64,000 bases of DNA from Candidatus Melainabacteria bacterium 17Bon1m (GTDB lineage: Bacteria; Cyanobacteriota; Vampirovibrionia; Obscuribacterales; Obscuribacteraceae): the NCBI GenBank assembly GCA_032128875.1, contig JAVLKG010000002.1:672001-736000 (forward strand). The letters run 5' to 3'. The notes below the pieces were generated by a model, which saw nothing but the letters and a program-made list of their open reading frames with translations, had not been told where the DNA came from and ran no database searches. Of the stretch, positions 29,634 through 39,324 are shown one piece after another. Positions within the stretch are counted from its first letter, which is position 1; each line of letters starts with the position of its first letter. Both the position numbers and the translations under genes were made by a program.

Positions 29634-30107
29634 ATGTCCGAGTTTGAAACAGACGGAAAGGGCTCAGAGCCAGATGGAACCAAGGTTTGGATTTCTCTCT
29701 GGAAATCGGGGCGTTCTATCGAATCTTATGCTTTGGCAAGCATCGCCAGTCTGGGCATGAGTCTTACGGATTTTGCCGTACTGGAAGTGCTCCTTCATAA
29801 AGGTCCATTGCCGGTCAACACAATCGGAAAGAAGGTTCTGCTCACAAGCGGATCAATCACTACAGCCGTTGATCGCTTGGAAGAAAAGGGATTAGTCGAA
29901 AGGCTCGATTCACCGTCGGACAGACGGGTACGAATTGTCAGTCTTACAAAAGAAGGAACGCGGCAAATAAAGGTAGCTTTTGCAGAACATCAAAAGCACC
30001 TTGACCTGGCGGTGTCTCCGCTCACAAAAGACGAGCAGCGCCAGCTTGTAGAACTATTGAAAAAACTGGGACAGGGTGCCGATTCTTTGAATATTTCGAA
30101 AGTCTAA
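29634..30107 (+). CDS. MarR-family transcriptional regulator (MhqR-like)
   Basis: LTDFAVLEVLLHKGP..LLTSGSITTAVDRLEEKGLV..DRRVRIVSLT winged helix. Confidence 0.92.
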   Translation: MSEFETDGKGSEPDGTKVWISLWKSGRSIESYALASIASLGMSLTDFAVLEVLLHKGPLPVNTIGKKVLLTSGSITTAVDRLEEKGLVERLDSPSDRRVRIVSLTKEGTRQIKVAFAEHQKHLDLAVSPLTKDEQRQLVELLKKLGQGADSLNISKV

Positions 30108-30199
30108 AAATCAGCGAAGGATTTGAAGATGGGGCCATCAACGCCTCGAACAGCTTAGTAGCAGAGCACTTGTTTGCTACAAGAAACATAGGTGGAATC

Positions 30200-31111
30200 A
30201 TGAAAAGTACAAATAATGTCAAATTGGAAAAAGCACAATCTACTCAATCGCGATCGGTAAAAGGCATCATAACCTCGATTGCAACAAGGGAAGGAGCGGG
30301 CTTTGCCGTTCGAAGGCCTTTTCCCACTCAATCACTCAGCCTTGTTGATCCGTTCCTCCTGCTCGATCATATGGAGCCCGTTACGCTTGCTCCAGGTGCT
30401 GCAAAAGGAGCACCTGATCACCCTCACCGAGGGTTTGAAACGGTAACCTACATGCTTGAAGGTCACTTCGTGCATCGTGACTCAGCCGGTAATTCCGGCG
30501 TGATCGGACCAGGCGACGTCCAGTGGATGACCGCTGGACAGGGCGTCGTGCACTCAGAGATGCCTGACGATGAGTTAGTTGAAAATGGTGGCAGGCTGCA
30601 TGGTTTTCAAATCTGGGTCAACTTGCCTGCAAAGGAGAAGCTTCTTGCTCCTCGCTATCAGGACATTCCATCTGCGCGCATTCCGATTGCGGAAAGCGAA
30701 GACGGAAAGATCTGGGTGAAAGTAATTGCTGGTCAATCGATGGGAAAAGAAGCCGTTATTGACACGCGGACACCTATTACTTTCTTGCATGCAAAGCTGA
30801 AGCCTGGTGCAAAGTTGGTGCAGCCGATTTCGACTCAATACAACACCTTTGCTTATGTCATCGAAGGTAAGGGATTCTTTGGCAACGAACAACTTCCAGC
30901 AGAGGCAGATCAACTAGTATTATTCGCCAATGATGGTGAAACTGTTTCAATCGAAACTGGTGTGCATCAAGAATTGAGCGTTTTGATACTGGGCGGCTTA
31001 CCTTTGAATGAGCCTATCGCAAGATACGGACCGTTTGTGATGAACACTCAATCAGAGATTGTGCAAGCGCTGAAGGACTATCAAGCAGGACGCATGGGTG
31101 TGATCAACTAG
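30200..31111 (+). CDS. Pirin-family protein
   Basis: DPFLLLDH, HPHRGFETVTY, VQWMTAG.GVVHSE, GPFVMNT. Confidence 0.95.
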   Translation: MKSTNNVKLEKAQSTQSRSVKGIITSIATREGAGFAVRRPFPTQSLSLVDPFLLLDHMEPVTLAPGAAKGAPDHPHRGFETVTYMLEGHFVHRDSAGNSGVIGPGDVQWMTAGQGVVHSEMPDDELVENGGRLHGFQIWVNLPAKEKLLAPRYQDIPSARIPIAESEDGKIWVKVIAGQSMGKEAVIDTRTPITFLHAKLKPGAKLVQPISTQYNTFAYVIEGKGFFGNEQLPAEADQLVLFANDGETVSIETGVHQELSVLILGGLPLNEPIARYGPFVMNTQSEIVQALKDYQAGRMGVIN

Positions 31112-31181
31112 GTAACGAGGAACTAGGAACTAGGAACTAGGAACCAGGTAACTAGTAACTATTAACAACTAGAGAACTAGA
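31106..31181. repeat. Degenerate 7-bp tandem repeat (AACTAGG, about 10 copies)
   Basis: aactagg-t-aacgagg-aactagg x3-aaccagg-t-aactagt-aactatt..aactaga-g-aactaga between convergent genes. Confidence 0.85.
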
Positions 31182-31190
31182 GATTCGAAT

Positions 31191-31874
31191 CTAGAAAAGC
31201 CCCGGTACCCAGCGCGATTTGACGCGCGCCATGTAGGCTTTATATCCGGGCAATCCATCAACAAGAATCTTTTCCTCAAGAAAAGATCGATAGGCAAAAT
31301 CGATCATCATCACAACAGTCGGAATAAATCCTAGCCATGATCCAAGCATCAAAGATTGCCCAATAAAGCCGAGGCTAGCGAACGAATATCCGGGGTGCCG
31401 GATCACACGATATGGCCCGGTCGTAATTACTTGTTGATTGCGATCGGGCTGTAATCGAATTGCCGACGAAAAGTAAACGTTGGTTTTCATCGTCCAAAAT
31501 ACACCGGCCCAACCAGCGGCGTTCATCAATGTTCCGACTATTTGAGCCACGAGTGGAACACTATTTGCGCAGTGCCACCGACCTACATCGAGCGCAGGAA
31601 GCACAAGTGAACAAACATAGAGCAGCGTAACGATTAGGCGGCCAAATCGATCTTCATCTTTCCCCTGTGGTTTCATACGTTCATTCAAAAGTGCAGGGTC
31701 CAACGCGTAAATGCTGAACACTGCCACAACAAATTGCGCAGCAAAGGCGATCCAATAAAAGGGAAGCGCGGCTGTTCCTGCAATGGCAAAGGTCCCGGCT
31801 GCCGTTAGCGCGACCATCAGTGCGGATAGTATGACCGCTTTGGGACGATTGAATTTCGAAGAATTGGCTTTCAA
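31191..31874 (-). CDS. Isoprenylcysteine carboxyl methyltransferase-family membrane protein
   Basis: VITTGPYRVIRHPGY, EEKIL..LPGY..Y. Confidence 0.85.
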   Translation of the reverse strand: MKANSSKFNRPKAVILSALMVALTAAGTFAIAGTAALPFYWIAFAAQFVVAVFSIYALDPALLNERMKPQGKDEDRFGRLIVTLLYVCSLVLPALDVGRWHCANSVPLVAQIVGTLMNAAGWAGVFWTMKTNVYFSSAIRLQPDRNQQVITTGPYRVIRHPGYSFASLGFIGQSLMLGSWLGFIPTVVMMIDFAYRSFLEEKILVDGLPGYKAYMARVKSRWVPGLF

Positions 31875-32162
31875 TGTTTGTCGCTCTACGTGATTGTATG
31901 TAGTTCGACGGCTTGTGCCGCGAGGCGTTCCTGGTTTTGCGCCCTAGTAAATGTTTCTTAGTGTACGAAGTCCGTGCAGGCTTCACCGGCTAAACAAGGA
32001 CGTCTCCGCCACTTTAGCAGACAGTACGTGAACTGAATCTGAATACCATACGAGAGGAATAGGACGATCCTTGGCTCGCTAATCGATACGGTATTGAAAA
32101 CCCATTAAATAGATTGAAGTCGCTTCCGGTTGTAGTAAGCTTGGTGCGACGTCAATCTTTTT

Positions 32163-33245
32163 GTGAGTTTTATGAAAAACAAAATTCGCTCCATGGCATC
32201 CTTAAGCTTCGCGCTAGTTGTTTCAGTACTCGGATCATTTTCCGCCAGTTGCGAACCAGCGCGGGCAGGAGATATTCCCGCTCCGTTCATCGTCGGTGGA
32301 CCTTCAAACTCTGATTCTCAGCTGGTTTTGAAAGGCGTAAACGATGCATTTAATTCAAAATCACCAAAGATGGCCGATGCAGGTGAAATAGTTCGTGCAA
32401 AGTCCAAAAATCTTGTCCTTTGGCCTGCAAAAGAGTCTGATATCGAATGTGATACCACACTCTTTGATAAGTCCCCGGAAGGGGGCGAGTCTAAATTTTG
32501 GGTTCAGAAAAAACCATATGAAGGTAAGAGATTTATCGTTCGTCAAAAGCCCTTCAATTGGCAAGGCGACAATTTCAATGTTGTGCTGACCACTACAAGC
32601 GATACACCGGCAGAGATCTACAAGAAGTTCGACTCGGGCGAAATGAATGAACTTCCTAACGGATATTCGAGCGTGACATGTGATACATGGCAGCGTCCAT
32701 GGATTTTTAGAAATCCTGCGTCGGGAAAATTGTTGGATGTCGATACGGCGCATCCTGCCGATTGCTTAGCGGACTGGACTGTCTATGAGTCGACGAAAGA
32801 CGGCAAAAGAAAAGAGCTTTGCAAAATTAGGTTCAGAAAACAATCGGAGAAGATCGCAGAGCTTTTGCCGAAAGGTCCGTTACGTGAATTCAGCACTTTG
32901 CTCGACAATATAATCGGAAAGGCAAAGGAAAATGAAGGGACCATGCAGCAGACCTCTCGCTTGCGTAATGAAGTTGCGAGAATGTGGGGTAATTTGCTTT
33001 TTCGCCCTTGGGCTATGAATCAGCCACAAAATTCCAAGGCTCAAGTTGAAGGACATTTGAAACGTTGGCAAAGAGGTGCGCGTGCCTACAAAACTCAATA
33101 TATTCGTCTGCAAGCGCTATATCCTCAAGCACAAGCTGCTTTGACTCGCTACTACGAGCAAGTATTTAGAATGCCGAATGCGGGTGCTTCGAAGCTGGCG
33201 GCTAAAAATCTGGATATTGCATATCGTAGTCATTTCAGTCTCTAG
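32163..33245 (+). CDS. Exported hypothetical protein
   Basis: N-terminal signal-like segment; 360-aa ORF. Confidence 0.6.
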   Translation: MSFMKNKIRSMASLSFALVVSVLGSFSASCEPARAGDIPAPFIVGGPSNSDSQLVLKGVNDAFNSKSPKMADAGEIVRAKSKNLVLWPAKESDIECDTTLFDKSPEGGESKFWVQKKPYEGKRFIVRQKPFNWQGDNFNVVLTTTSDTPAEIYKKFDSGEMNELPNGYSSVTCDTWQRPWIFRNPASGKLLDVDTAHPADCLADWTVYESTKDGKRKELCKIRFRKQSEKIAELLPKGPLREFSTLLDNIIGKAKENEGTMQQTSRLRNEVARMWGNLLFRPWAMNQPQNSKAQVEGHLKRWQRGARAYKTQYIRLQALYPQAQAALTRYYEQVFRMPNAGASKLAAKNLDIAYRSHFSL

Positions 33246-33355
33246 AAGACTTCTATGATGCTTTCGAATATTGCCATTGGAAAATTCCAGCGGCAAGTGT
33301 ATGCTAGCGCCAAGCCGATTTAACATGCGTCCCCTCATCGGATTAAAGAGTAACT

Positions 33356-33685
33356 ATGAAATTTGCTTTTCTAACAATAATTGCGCTTCTGATTTCCCTT
33401 GTTTCGATTCCTGCCGATGCGAAGGGCAAAGTCTGGACCATCGAGGACAGACAAGCGCAGCTGATGAAAGACATTAATGAAGGACAGAAGGGTCAGCAAC
33501 TGACTAAGAAAGAAGCAGATCGCCTGCGCAGTGATCTTGCCGACGTTGCACGCAAGAAAAAGAAAATGAAGGGCAAATCTGACAACGGCAAGCTCACCGA
33601 TGACAACAAGAAAGTCTTGGAAGGCGATTTGAATAGCATCAGCGATGCGATTCACAAGTACAAACTTGAAAAGCGTGCTAAGTAA
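33356..33685 (+). CDS. Small secreted alpha-helical protein
   Basis: Signal peptide ending PADA; GQLTKKEADRL / GKLTDDNKK internal repeat. Confidence 0.7.
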   Translation: MKFAFLTIIALLISLVSIPADAKGKVWTIEDRQAQLMKDINEGQKGQQLTKKEADRLRSDLADVARKKKKMKGKSDNGKLTDDNKKVLEGDLNSISDAIHKYKLEKRAK

Positions 33686-33717
33686 GCGCTTTTTCTAGTT
33701 CCACCTTTTCTCAACAA

Positions 33718-33767
33718 GAAAACAAAAGAAATGGCGCACCGCAAGGCACGCCATTTTTGTTTGTTTC
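33718..33767. terminator. Bidirectional intrinsic terminator
   Basis: AAACAAAAGAAATGGCG...CGCCATTTTTGTTTGTTT between convergent genes. Confidence 0.75.
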
Positions 33768-33792
33768 GTTACCTGATCTCAGCTTGCCGCGT

Positions 33793-34797
33793 TTATTCGT
33801 GAGCTGTCACACCAGGGCTTTTCGAGCGTGATTCATTCTTCAGCCAGACGAGCAGCATCTGGGAAAGTTGATCCGTAAGTTGATTTTCCTCGAGAAGCAA
33901 GTGCTCTCCATCACCAATCACCATCAGCAACTTATCCTGCGTTGTCAAAGCATTGAAAAGCTCAATAGTGCCTTCTGGCTTCACCAGCTTATCTTTGAAA
34001 CCGGCAATCAGAAGAACTGGCATCTTCTCTATGAGAGCAGCGGCGTCGAAATTGCCTTTCATGAATTCGTCGAATTGCTTGAGTTCTTTCGGGGTCAACT
34101 CCATGCGGTTGCCCCTATCGGCAAGCATTCTCTTTTGCAAATTGCGGTTGGCGGTTGCGCGCTCGACGACGGTTGTGCCTACGTCCATAGGTTTGTTCTT
34201 GTCTTCAATGTAGCGCAGGCCTACATGCATCTTGGTTGTCAGGCTGCCATAACGCTCGCTGGAGGGGACTGAGGAAATCAGACCATTAACCAGATCGGGA
34301 TAGCGAGAGGCGGCGCGCATCGCTATGGCGCCTCCCATTGATTCTCCGACCAGGAAGATCGGTACGCCGGGATAGGCTTTGCGGACGTTCTTTAGAGCGG
34401 CTTCGATGTCATTGAGGCAGGCGTCGAAGTCGACTTTGTTGCCTTCGCGCTTATTAAGCCAGGCGCCAAAACCTCTTACGTCCACGGCATAAACTGCAAA
34501 ACCATGTGAAGCCATTACCCTGCCGAATTCGTCAAACGATTGGCTGTTGAAGCCCAGTCCGTGAACGCAGAGAAGCACTTCTCGTGGTCTATCAATAGGA
34601 ATCCATGAGCGATGCGGAACTTTGATTTTCGCGCTCCACGCCGGTACAACCGTTTTGCGCGCGGGAGGCGCTGCCTCCGCGAAAGTACTGCTTGTAGCCA
34701 ACAAGCTCGGGGCAAGTGTAGCGGCTTGCACAAGAATGGTAAGGGCAATGCCTTTGGTAAAACGTCCCAGCATGATTCGTTTCCTTAAAACAGTCAT
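33793..34797 (-). CDS. Exported lysophospholipase-like alpha/beta hydrolase
   Basis: CVHGLG, DVRGFG, GESMGG, DKLV, GEHLL. Confidence 0.88.
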   Translation of the reverse strand: MTVLRKRIMLGRFTKGIALTILVQAATLAPSLLATSSTFAEAAPPARKTVVPAWSAKIKVPHRSWIPIDRPREVLLCVHGLGFNSQSFDEFGRVMASHGFAVYAVDVRGFGAWLNKREGNKVDFDACLNDIEAALKNVRKAYPGVPIFLVGESMGGAIAMRAASRYPDLVNGLISSVPSSERYGSLTTKMHVGLRYIEDKNKPMDVGTTVVERATANRNLQKRMLADRGNRMELTPKELKQFDEFMKGNFDAAALIEKMPVLLIAGFKDKLVKPEGTIELFNALTTQDKLLMVIGDGEHLLLEENQLTDQLSQMLLVWLKNESRSKSPGVTAHE

Positions 34798-34952
34798 CGA
34801 AATGAGCCCACATTATGTCAGGCGCCCGGCTGTAATTGCATCCCCCGAAGTCGATTCGGCTCTGGAGAAAGTGGGATTTTTGTGTCGCCAAATGACATCA
34901 TCTGTCAGTAGATTGTCCAGGCGGTAGCCGTCCATGCGAGAATAAGCGAATA

Positions 34953-35330
34953 ATGCAGTCCATCAACTGGCAGTTATTCGTTGCAGGTCAGCCCGTGCAG
35001 CCGGGCGTAAATTTGCGCGTCAACGAAAAGTGGCAAAACAACCACGGCGCGTACTTGGTTCTACAGCCTTTTGAAAGTGAAAAGACATCGATATTCTGCG
35101 TTCGGTACAACGTAAATATCGGCGGCAAAGATTATCTACTTTTGGAAAACGCAAATTCACCAGAAGGTGATCTGACCGTCGTGAGATGTTTTGGACCAGA
35201 TAGATTTGGTGCGATGGACCCTGACCGATTTTCGAGCTTGCGAAACGCACTCATTGATTTCCTGAATAGCGAAAGGCCAACTGAGCTGGAAGTGCTGGAC
35301 AAACTGTTGGGCGGTTTAGAGGTGCGCTGA
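34953..35330 (+). CDS. Hypothetical protein
   Basis: 125-aa ORF whose stop overlaps the next start (TGATG). Confidence 0.55.
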   Translation: MQSINWQLFVAGQPVQPGVNLRVNEKWQNNHGAYLVLQPFESEKTSIFCVRYNVNIGGKDYLLLENANSPEGDLTVVRCFGPDRFGAMDPDRFSSLRNALIDFLNSERPTELEVLDKLLGGLEVR

Positions 35331-36184
35331 TGGTGCAGGGTCGCGTGGCACAAAGTGTTTTAAATTGCGCGTTGCTGTTTGCATTTTGCGCGGCCGTTTT
35401 ATCCGTGCAAAACATTTCGGCATTGGCAGAATGCAGCTCGGGTATAGCACCAAAAGTTTCAACTTCTGTGCAAACGGTTTCGCCCGCTGAACAAATGTTC
35501 GAACGGGCAGACTGGGTGTTCAACAATGCTGAGCAAGTTCACTACGGACATCGTAAAGTCAGCGCAACCAATCAGGTTAAGCGTTTTAGCAATGGTCGAT
35601 GCGAAGCTGACACAGATTGTTCTGGTTTTGTCAGTTATCTGCTCTCCGATTTTCCAAAACATTATGACTCGATCCGCAAATTGCAACCGGACAGATCCTA
35701 TCCTCAAGCAAAGACCTATGTTCAGTTTTTTACTGATTTGAAAACAGATGCAGCGACGGACGGTTGGGTGAAAGTCGCCAGCACAGATGATTTGCGTCGT
35801 GGTGATTTAATCGCATGGAAGAAACCTCAACCAGCGGACGGCGTTAAGAGGAAAACAAATACAGGACACATCGCGATTGTGATTGATAGACCAGGTGCGG
35901 TTGAAGAGACGCAAATCAACGGACAAACGTATCGCTATCAAAGCATAAATGTAATTGATAGCTCTTCTGTAAAACATTTTCAACCCGAAATACTGCCACC
36001 ACTTTCTTCAATGCCTCATCGCGACGGCATCGGGAAAGGTGTGGTTCGCATTCTTTTGGATGATACCAATCGACCGATTGGATGCTGGGAAGGAACCTAT
36101 TGGTACGAAGGCAATAAAGATATAAGGAAACCGACTCTCACGAATTCAATTGCGTTTGCGCGCATGGTGGCAGATAGTAACTGA
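35330..36184 (+). CDS. Exported NlpC/P60-superfamily cysteine amidase
   Basis: Signal peptide; DCSGFVS, LRRGDLIAW, TGHIAIV. Confidence 0.75.
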   Translation: MVQGRVAQSVLNCALLFAFCAAVLSVQNISALAECSSGIAPKVSTSVQTVSPAEQMFERADWVFNNAEQVHYGHRKVSATNQVKRFSNGRCEADTDCSGFVSYLLSDFPKHYDSIRKLQPDRSYPQAKTYVQFFTDLKTDAATDGWVKVASTDDLRRGDLIAWKKPQPADGVKRKTNTGHIAIVIDRPGAVEETQINGQTYRYQSINVIDSSSVKHFQPEILPPLSSMPHRDGIGKGVVRILLDDTNRPIGCWEGTYWYEGNKDIRKPTLTNSIAFARMVADSN

Positions 36185-36203
36185 GCAGGGAAGGATAGAG
36201 GTT

Positions 36204-37613
36204 ATGTTCAAAGACATCGTTTCGCAAGCAACGCCATTCATCGATCGCTGGCTGCAGTTTCGTTATGACCGTTTGGAATTGCCTGGGTTTGTTGTCGCGA
36301 TACAGATCGACGGCAAGATTGAATTCCAGAGAGCTTACGGTTTTGCAGATTTGGAAAAGCGCGAACCGATGACGACCGAGCATGTTTTTCGAATTGCATC
36401 GCATAGCAAGACCTTTGCTGCTACTGCAATCATGCAGCTTGCCGAAGAAAAGCTTTTGCATATCGATGAACCAGTTGCGAAGTATGTCCCCTGGATTCGT
36501 GATCATAAAGATCACCGTATGGAGAAGGTGACGATTCGCCAACTGATGTCCCACAGCGCCGGTATGATCAGAGATGGACGGGATGCGAATTTCTGGCAAC
36601 TGACAAATAGTTTTCACGATCTGGCTGCTTTCAAAAAAGCTCTTATGAGCTGCGACCTTGTTTTTGATACCAACAAGCAAATGAAGTATTCAAACTTCGG
36701 GTATGCACTGCTCGGATGTGTCATTGAGGAAGTATATGGCATGCCCTTCGGAAGCTATGTTCAAGCAAAAATCTTGCATCCGCTGGGTTTGTCTAACACT
36801 ACTCCTGAAGTGACTGCAGAAATGCTTTCCAGGCTTGTAGTCGGTTATTCGCGGCGCGGCAGAGAGAAGCAACGCCAACCGCTGGAGAAAAACATCGACA
36901 CAAAGCAAATGGCTGCAGCCACTGGATTTTGTTCTACAGCCGCGGACTTGTGCAAATATTTCGATGCACATTTTGTTGACTCGAAAAAACTCTTGAATGA
37001 CGAATCGAAGAAAGAAATGCAACGCACGCAGTGGCGTCTCAAAAACTCTCACATTGGTGAAGAGTATGGATTAGGCTTTCAAATCGAATCGATCCTAGAT
37101 AGAAAAGTATACGGTCATGGTGGTGCATTTCCTGGGCAGCGTACAAAGACCATCTGCGATCCTAACGAGCGATTGGTCATTACAGTATTGACCAATTGCA
37201 TTGATGGTGAGGCTTCCTTCATCGCTCGCGGGCTTTACACAGTGCTCGATCACTTTTACGGCAGTGCATTACGTGCTGATAGTGACACGATTGAGAAATT
37301 GCGCAAGTTCGAAGGAATTTATACAAGTCTCTGGGGCGATTTGGCCATCGTCGAATCCGGTAGAAACCTCATCGGAGTCGATCCCAATACATGGTTTCCA
37401 TTCGGGCGTGACCAGGATATTCAAGTGCTGGAATTGGCGGGCGACAACAAGCTCAGAATTGCGAACGCGAATGGCTATTACAGCGAAGGCGAACATGCAG
37501 AATTCGACTTCGACTTCAACGGAAACGTTATTTCTATAGACTATGCCGGCTACAACATGCTGCCGGAAGCCGAATATACCAACGAGCTTGTGAAGCCTAA
37601 GGTCGCTACCTGA
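36204..37613 (+). CDS. Serine hydrolase (beta-lactamase/AmpC-like family)
   Basis: FRIASHSK (SxxK), LMSHSAG, YSN, GHGG. Confidence 0.9.
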   Translation: MFKDIVSQATPFIDRWLQFRYDRLELPGFVVAIQIDGKIEFQRAYGFADLEKREPMTTEHVFRIASHSKTFAATAIMQLAEEKLLHIDEPVAKYVPWIRDHKDHRMEKVTIRQLMSHSAGMIRDGRDANFWQLTNSFHDLAAFKKALMSCDLVFDTNKQMKYSNFGYALLGCVIEEVYGMPFGSYVQAKILHPLGLSNTTPEVTAEMLSRLVVGYSRRGREKQRQPLEKNIDTKQMAAATGFCSTAADLCKYFDAHFVDSKKLLNDESKKEMQRTQWRLKNSHIGEEYGLGFQIESILDRKVYGHGGAFPGQRTKTICDPNERLVITVLTNCIDGEASFIARGLYTVLDHFYGSALRADSDTIEKLRKFEGIYTSLWGDLAIVESGRNLIGVDPNTWFPFGRDQDIQVLELAGDNKLRIANANGYYSEGEHAEFDFDFNGNVISIDYAGYNMLPEAEYTNELVKPKVAT

Positions 37614-37722
37614 TGCCAGACTTAATTGAAAACATGGAAAGTGCCAGCTAAAGACAATTACCTGGAGAAGAGACTGATAAGGAGTTATACTTCAGTCTTC
37701 GAAATATATACAGGTTGACATT

Positions 37723-39324
37723 ATGTTGAGAAAAATACTCTCGTTAGCTCTGGTAGCTGCACTTGGATTTTCCGCTGCAGCAAGTCCGGTTTTCGCCGGT
37801 GTCAGCGCGGTTGGTGAGTTGAAGAACACCCCACAGAATCATCCTGGACTCATATTGGACCAGTTTTACCTGGGGTGCCTTTCCCACGCCTCCTATTTGA
37901 TCGGTGATCCGGTCAGCAAGACTGCTGTCGTTGTGGACCCTCAGCGTGACATCAGCCAATATGTCGAAGAGGCAAGCAAGCAAGGCTTGAAAATCACGCA
38001 TGTTTTCCTGACCCATGTGCATGCCGATTTTGTTGCTGGGCATTTGGAGCTGCAACGAAAAGTCGGTGCCAAGATTTGCCTAGGCTCGAAAACGAAGGCT
38101 AGCTTTCCATTCACGAAATTGAAAGATGGCGATGTTGTTGATCTCGGCAGCATTCAGTTGAAGGTTTTAGATACACCGGGTCACACTCCTGAAGCGATTT
38201 CATTGCTCGTTTTCAATTCCAAAGTCGATAAGGTCAAACCGTACGCCGTGTTGACTGGAGATTGTCTCTTCATCGGCGATGTTGGTCGACCGGACTTGCT
38301 AGCTTCGCAGGGTGTCAGCGCTCAAGAACTCGCAGGCTTGCTCTACGATTCGACTCGCGAAAAACTCATGAAATTGCCGGATGAAACTCTCGTATACCCT
38401 GCTCATGGTGCAGGCTCTCTTTGTGGCAAAAACTTGAGCAAAGAAACCGTCTCTTCAATCGGAGAAGAGAAGAAAACCAACTACGCGTTGCAACCGATGA
38501 CGAAGGAAAAGTTCATTTCGCTCATTACTGAGGACCAACCGAAGACACCTCAATATTTTGGTTATGACGCGACGTACAACCTGACCAAGCACAAAACTCT
38601 CGATGAGGTTTTGGAAAAGTCACTAAAACCTTTGACTGTTGATGAAGCGATTCAGCAGCGCAATGGTGGTGCTCATTTGTTGGATGGCCGTGAATCAGAT
38701 GAATTTGCCAAACGGCATGTCGTCGATGCAATCAGCATTCCAATGAAAGGGCATTATGCAACTTGGGCCGGGACATTCCTCGACCACAATAAGCCGGTGG
38801 TTATCATTTCCGACCCAGGTAAAGAGCGTGAGGCTGCTATGCGCTTGGGACGAATTGGTTTTGACAATGTTGTCGGTTATGTGAAGGGCGGAATCGGCGC
38901 ATTCGAAAAACGCGACGATTTGGTGGCATCGAATGTTCGTGTGACACCCGATGCGCTCGCAATGCAAATGAAGTCTGATAAACCACCAATGGTTGTTGAT
39001 GTGCGCAACGATGCCGAATGGAACTCAGCCAGAATTGAAGGCTCTGTGCACATGCCATTGATCGGTTTGCTGGACAAAGTTGACAGCTTGCCTCGCGATC
39101 GCGAACTCATCATTTTGTGCGCGACTGGAAACCGTTCGTCAACGGCAGCGAGTTTATTGAGTCAGAAAGGAGTTACGCACGTAACTGATCTTGCAGGTGG
39201 AATAGAGGCCTGGCAGAAGCAGCAACTGCCGGTTAAACAAGCGGTAAGCTGCACAAAAGCTCCGGAAGCAATTGCCCCAACAGATGAGAACACCTCAAAA
39301 CGAGACGCAAAAACAAGCAACTGA
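37723..39324 (+). CDS. CstB-like persulfide dioxygenase-rhodanese fusion with N-terminal signal peptide
   Basis: THVHADF, TPGHTPE, TGD..GRPDL, HGAGSLCGK, a Cys-less pseudo-rhodanese domain, then active rhodanese CATGNRS. Confidence 0.85.
   Translation: MLRKILSLALVAALGFSAAASPVFAGVSAVGELKNTPQNHPGLILDQFYLGCLSHASYLIGDPVSKTAVVVDPQRDISQYVEEASKQGLKITHVFLTHVHADFVAGHLELQRKVGAKICLGSKTKASFPFTKLKDGDVVDLGSIQLKVLDTPGHTPEAISLLVFNSKVDKVKPYAVLTGDCLFIGDVGRPDLLASQGVSAQELAGLLYDSTREKLMKLPDETLVYPAHGAGSLCGKNLSKETVSSIGEEKKTNYALQPMTKEKFISLITEDQPKTPQYFGYDATYNLTKHKTLDEVLEKSLKPLTVDEAIQQRNGGAHLLDGRESDEFAKRHVVDAISIPMKGHYATWAGTFLDHNKPVVIISDPGKEREAAMRLGRIGFDNVVGYVKGGIGAFEKRDDLVASNVRVTPDALAMQMKSDKPPMVVDVRNDAEWNSARIEGSVHMPLIGLLDKVDSLPRDRELIILCATGNRSSTAASLLSQKGVTHVTDLAGGIEAWQKQQLPVKQAVSCTKAPEAIAPTDENTSKRDAKTSN

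Noticed and set aside
31106-31181. CRISPR array
   Set aside because: 7-bp units without spacers and no cas genes; the 17-bp and 24-bp repeats elsewhere also lack spacers
36204-39324. Antibiotic-resistance beta-lactamases
   Set aside because: One is a generic serine hydrolase without a signal peptide; the other has persulfide dioxygenase and rhodanese motifs
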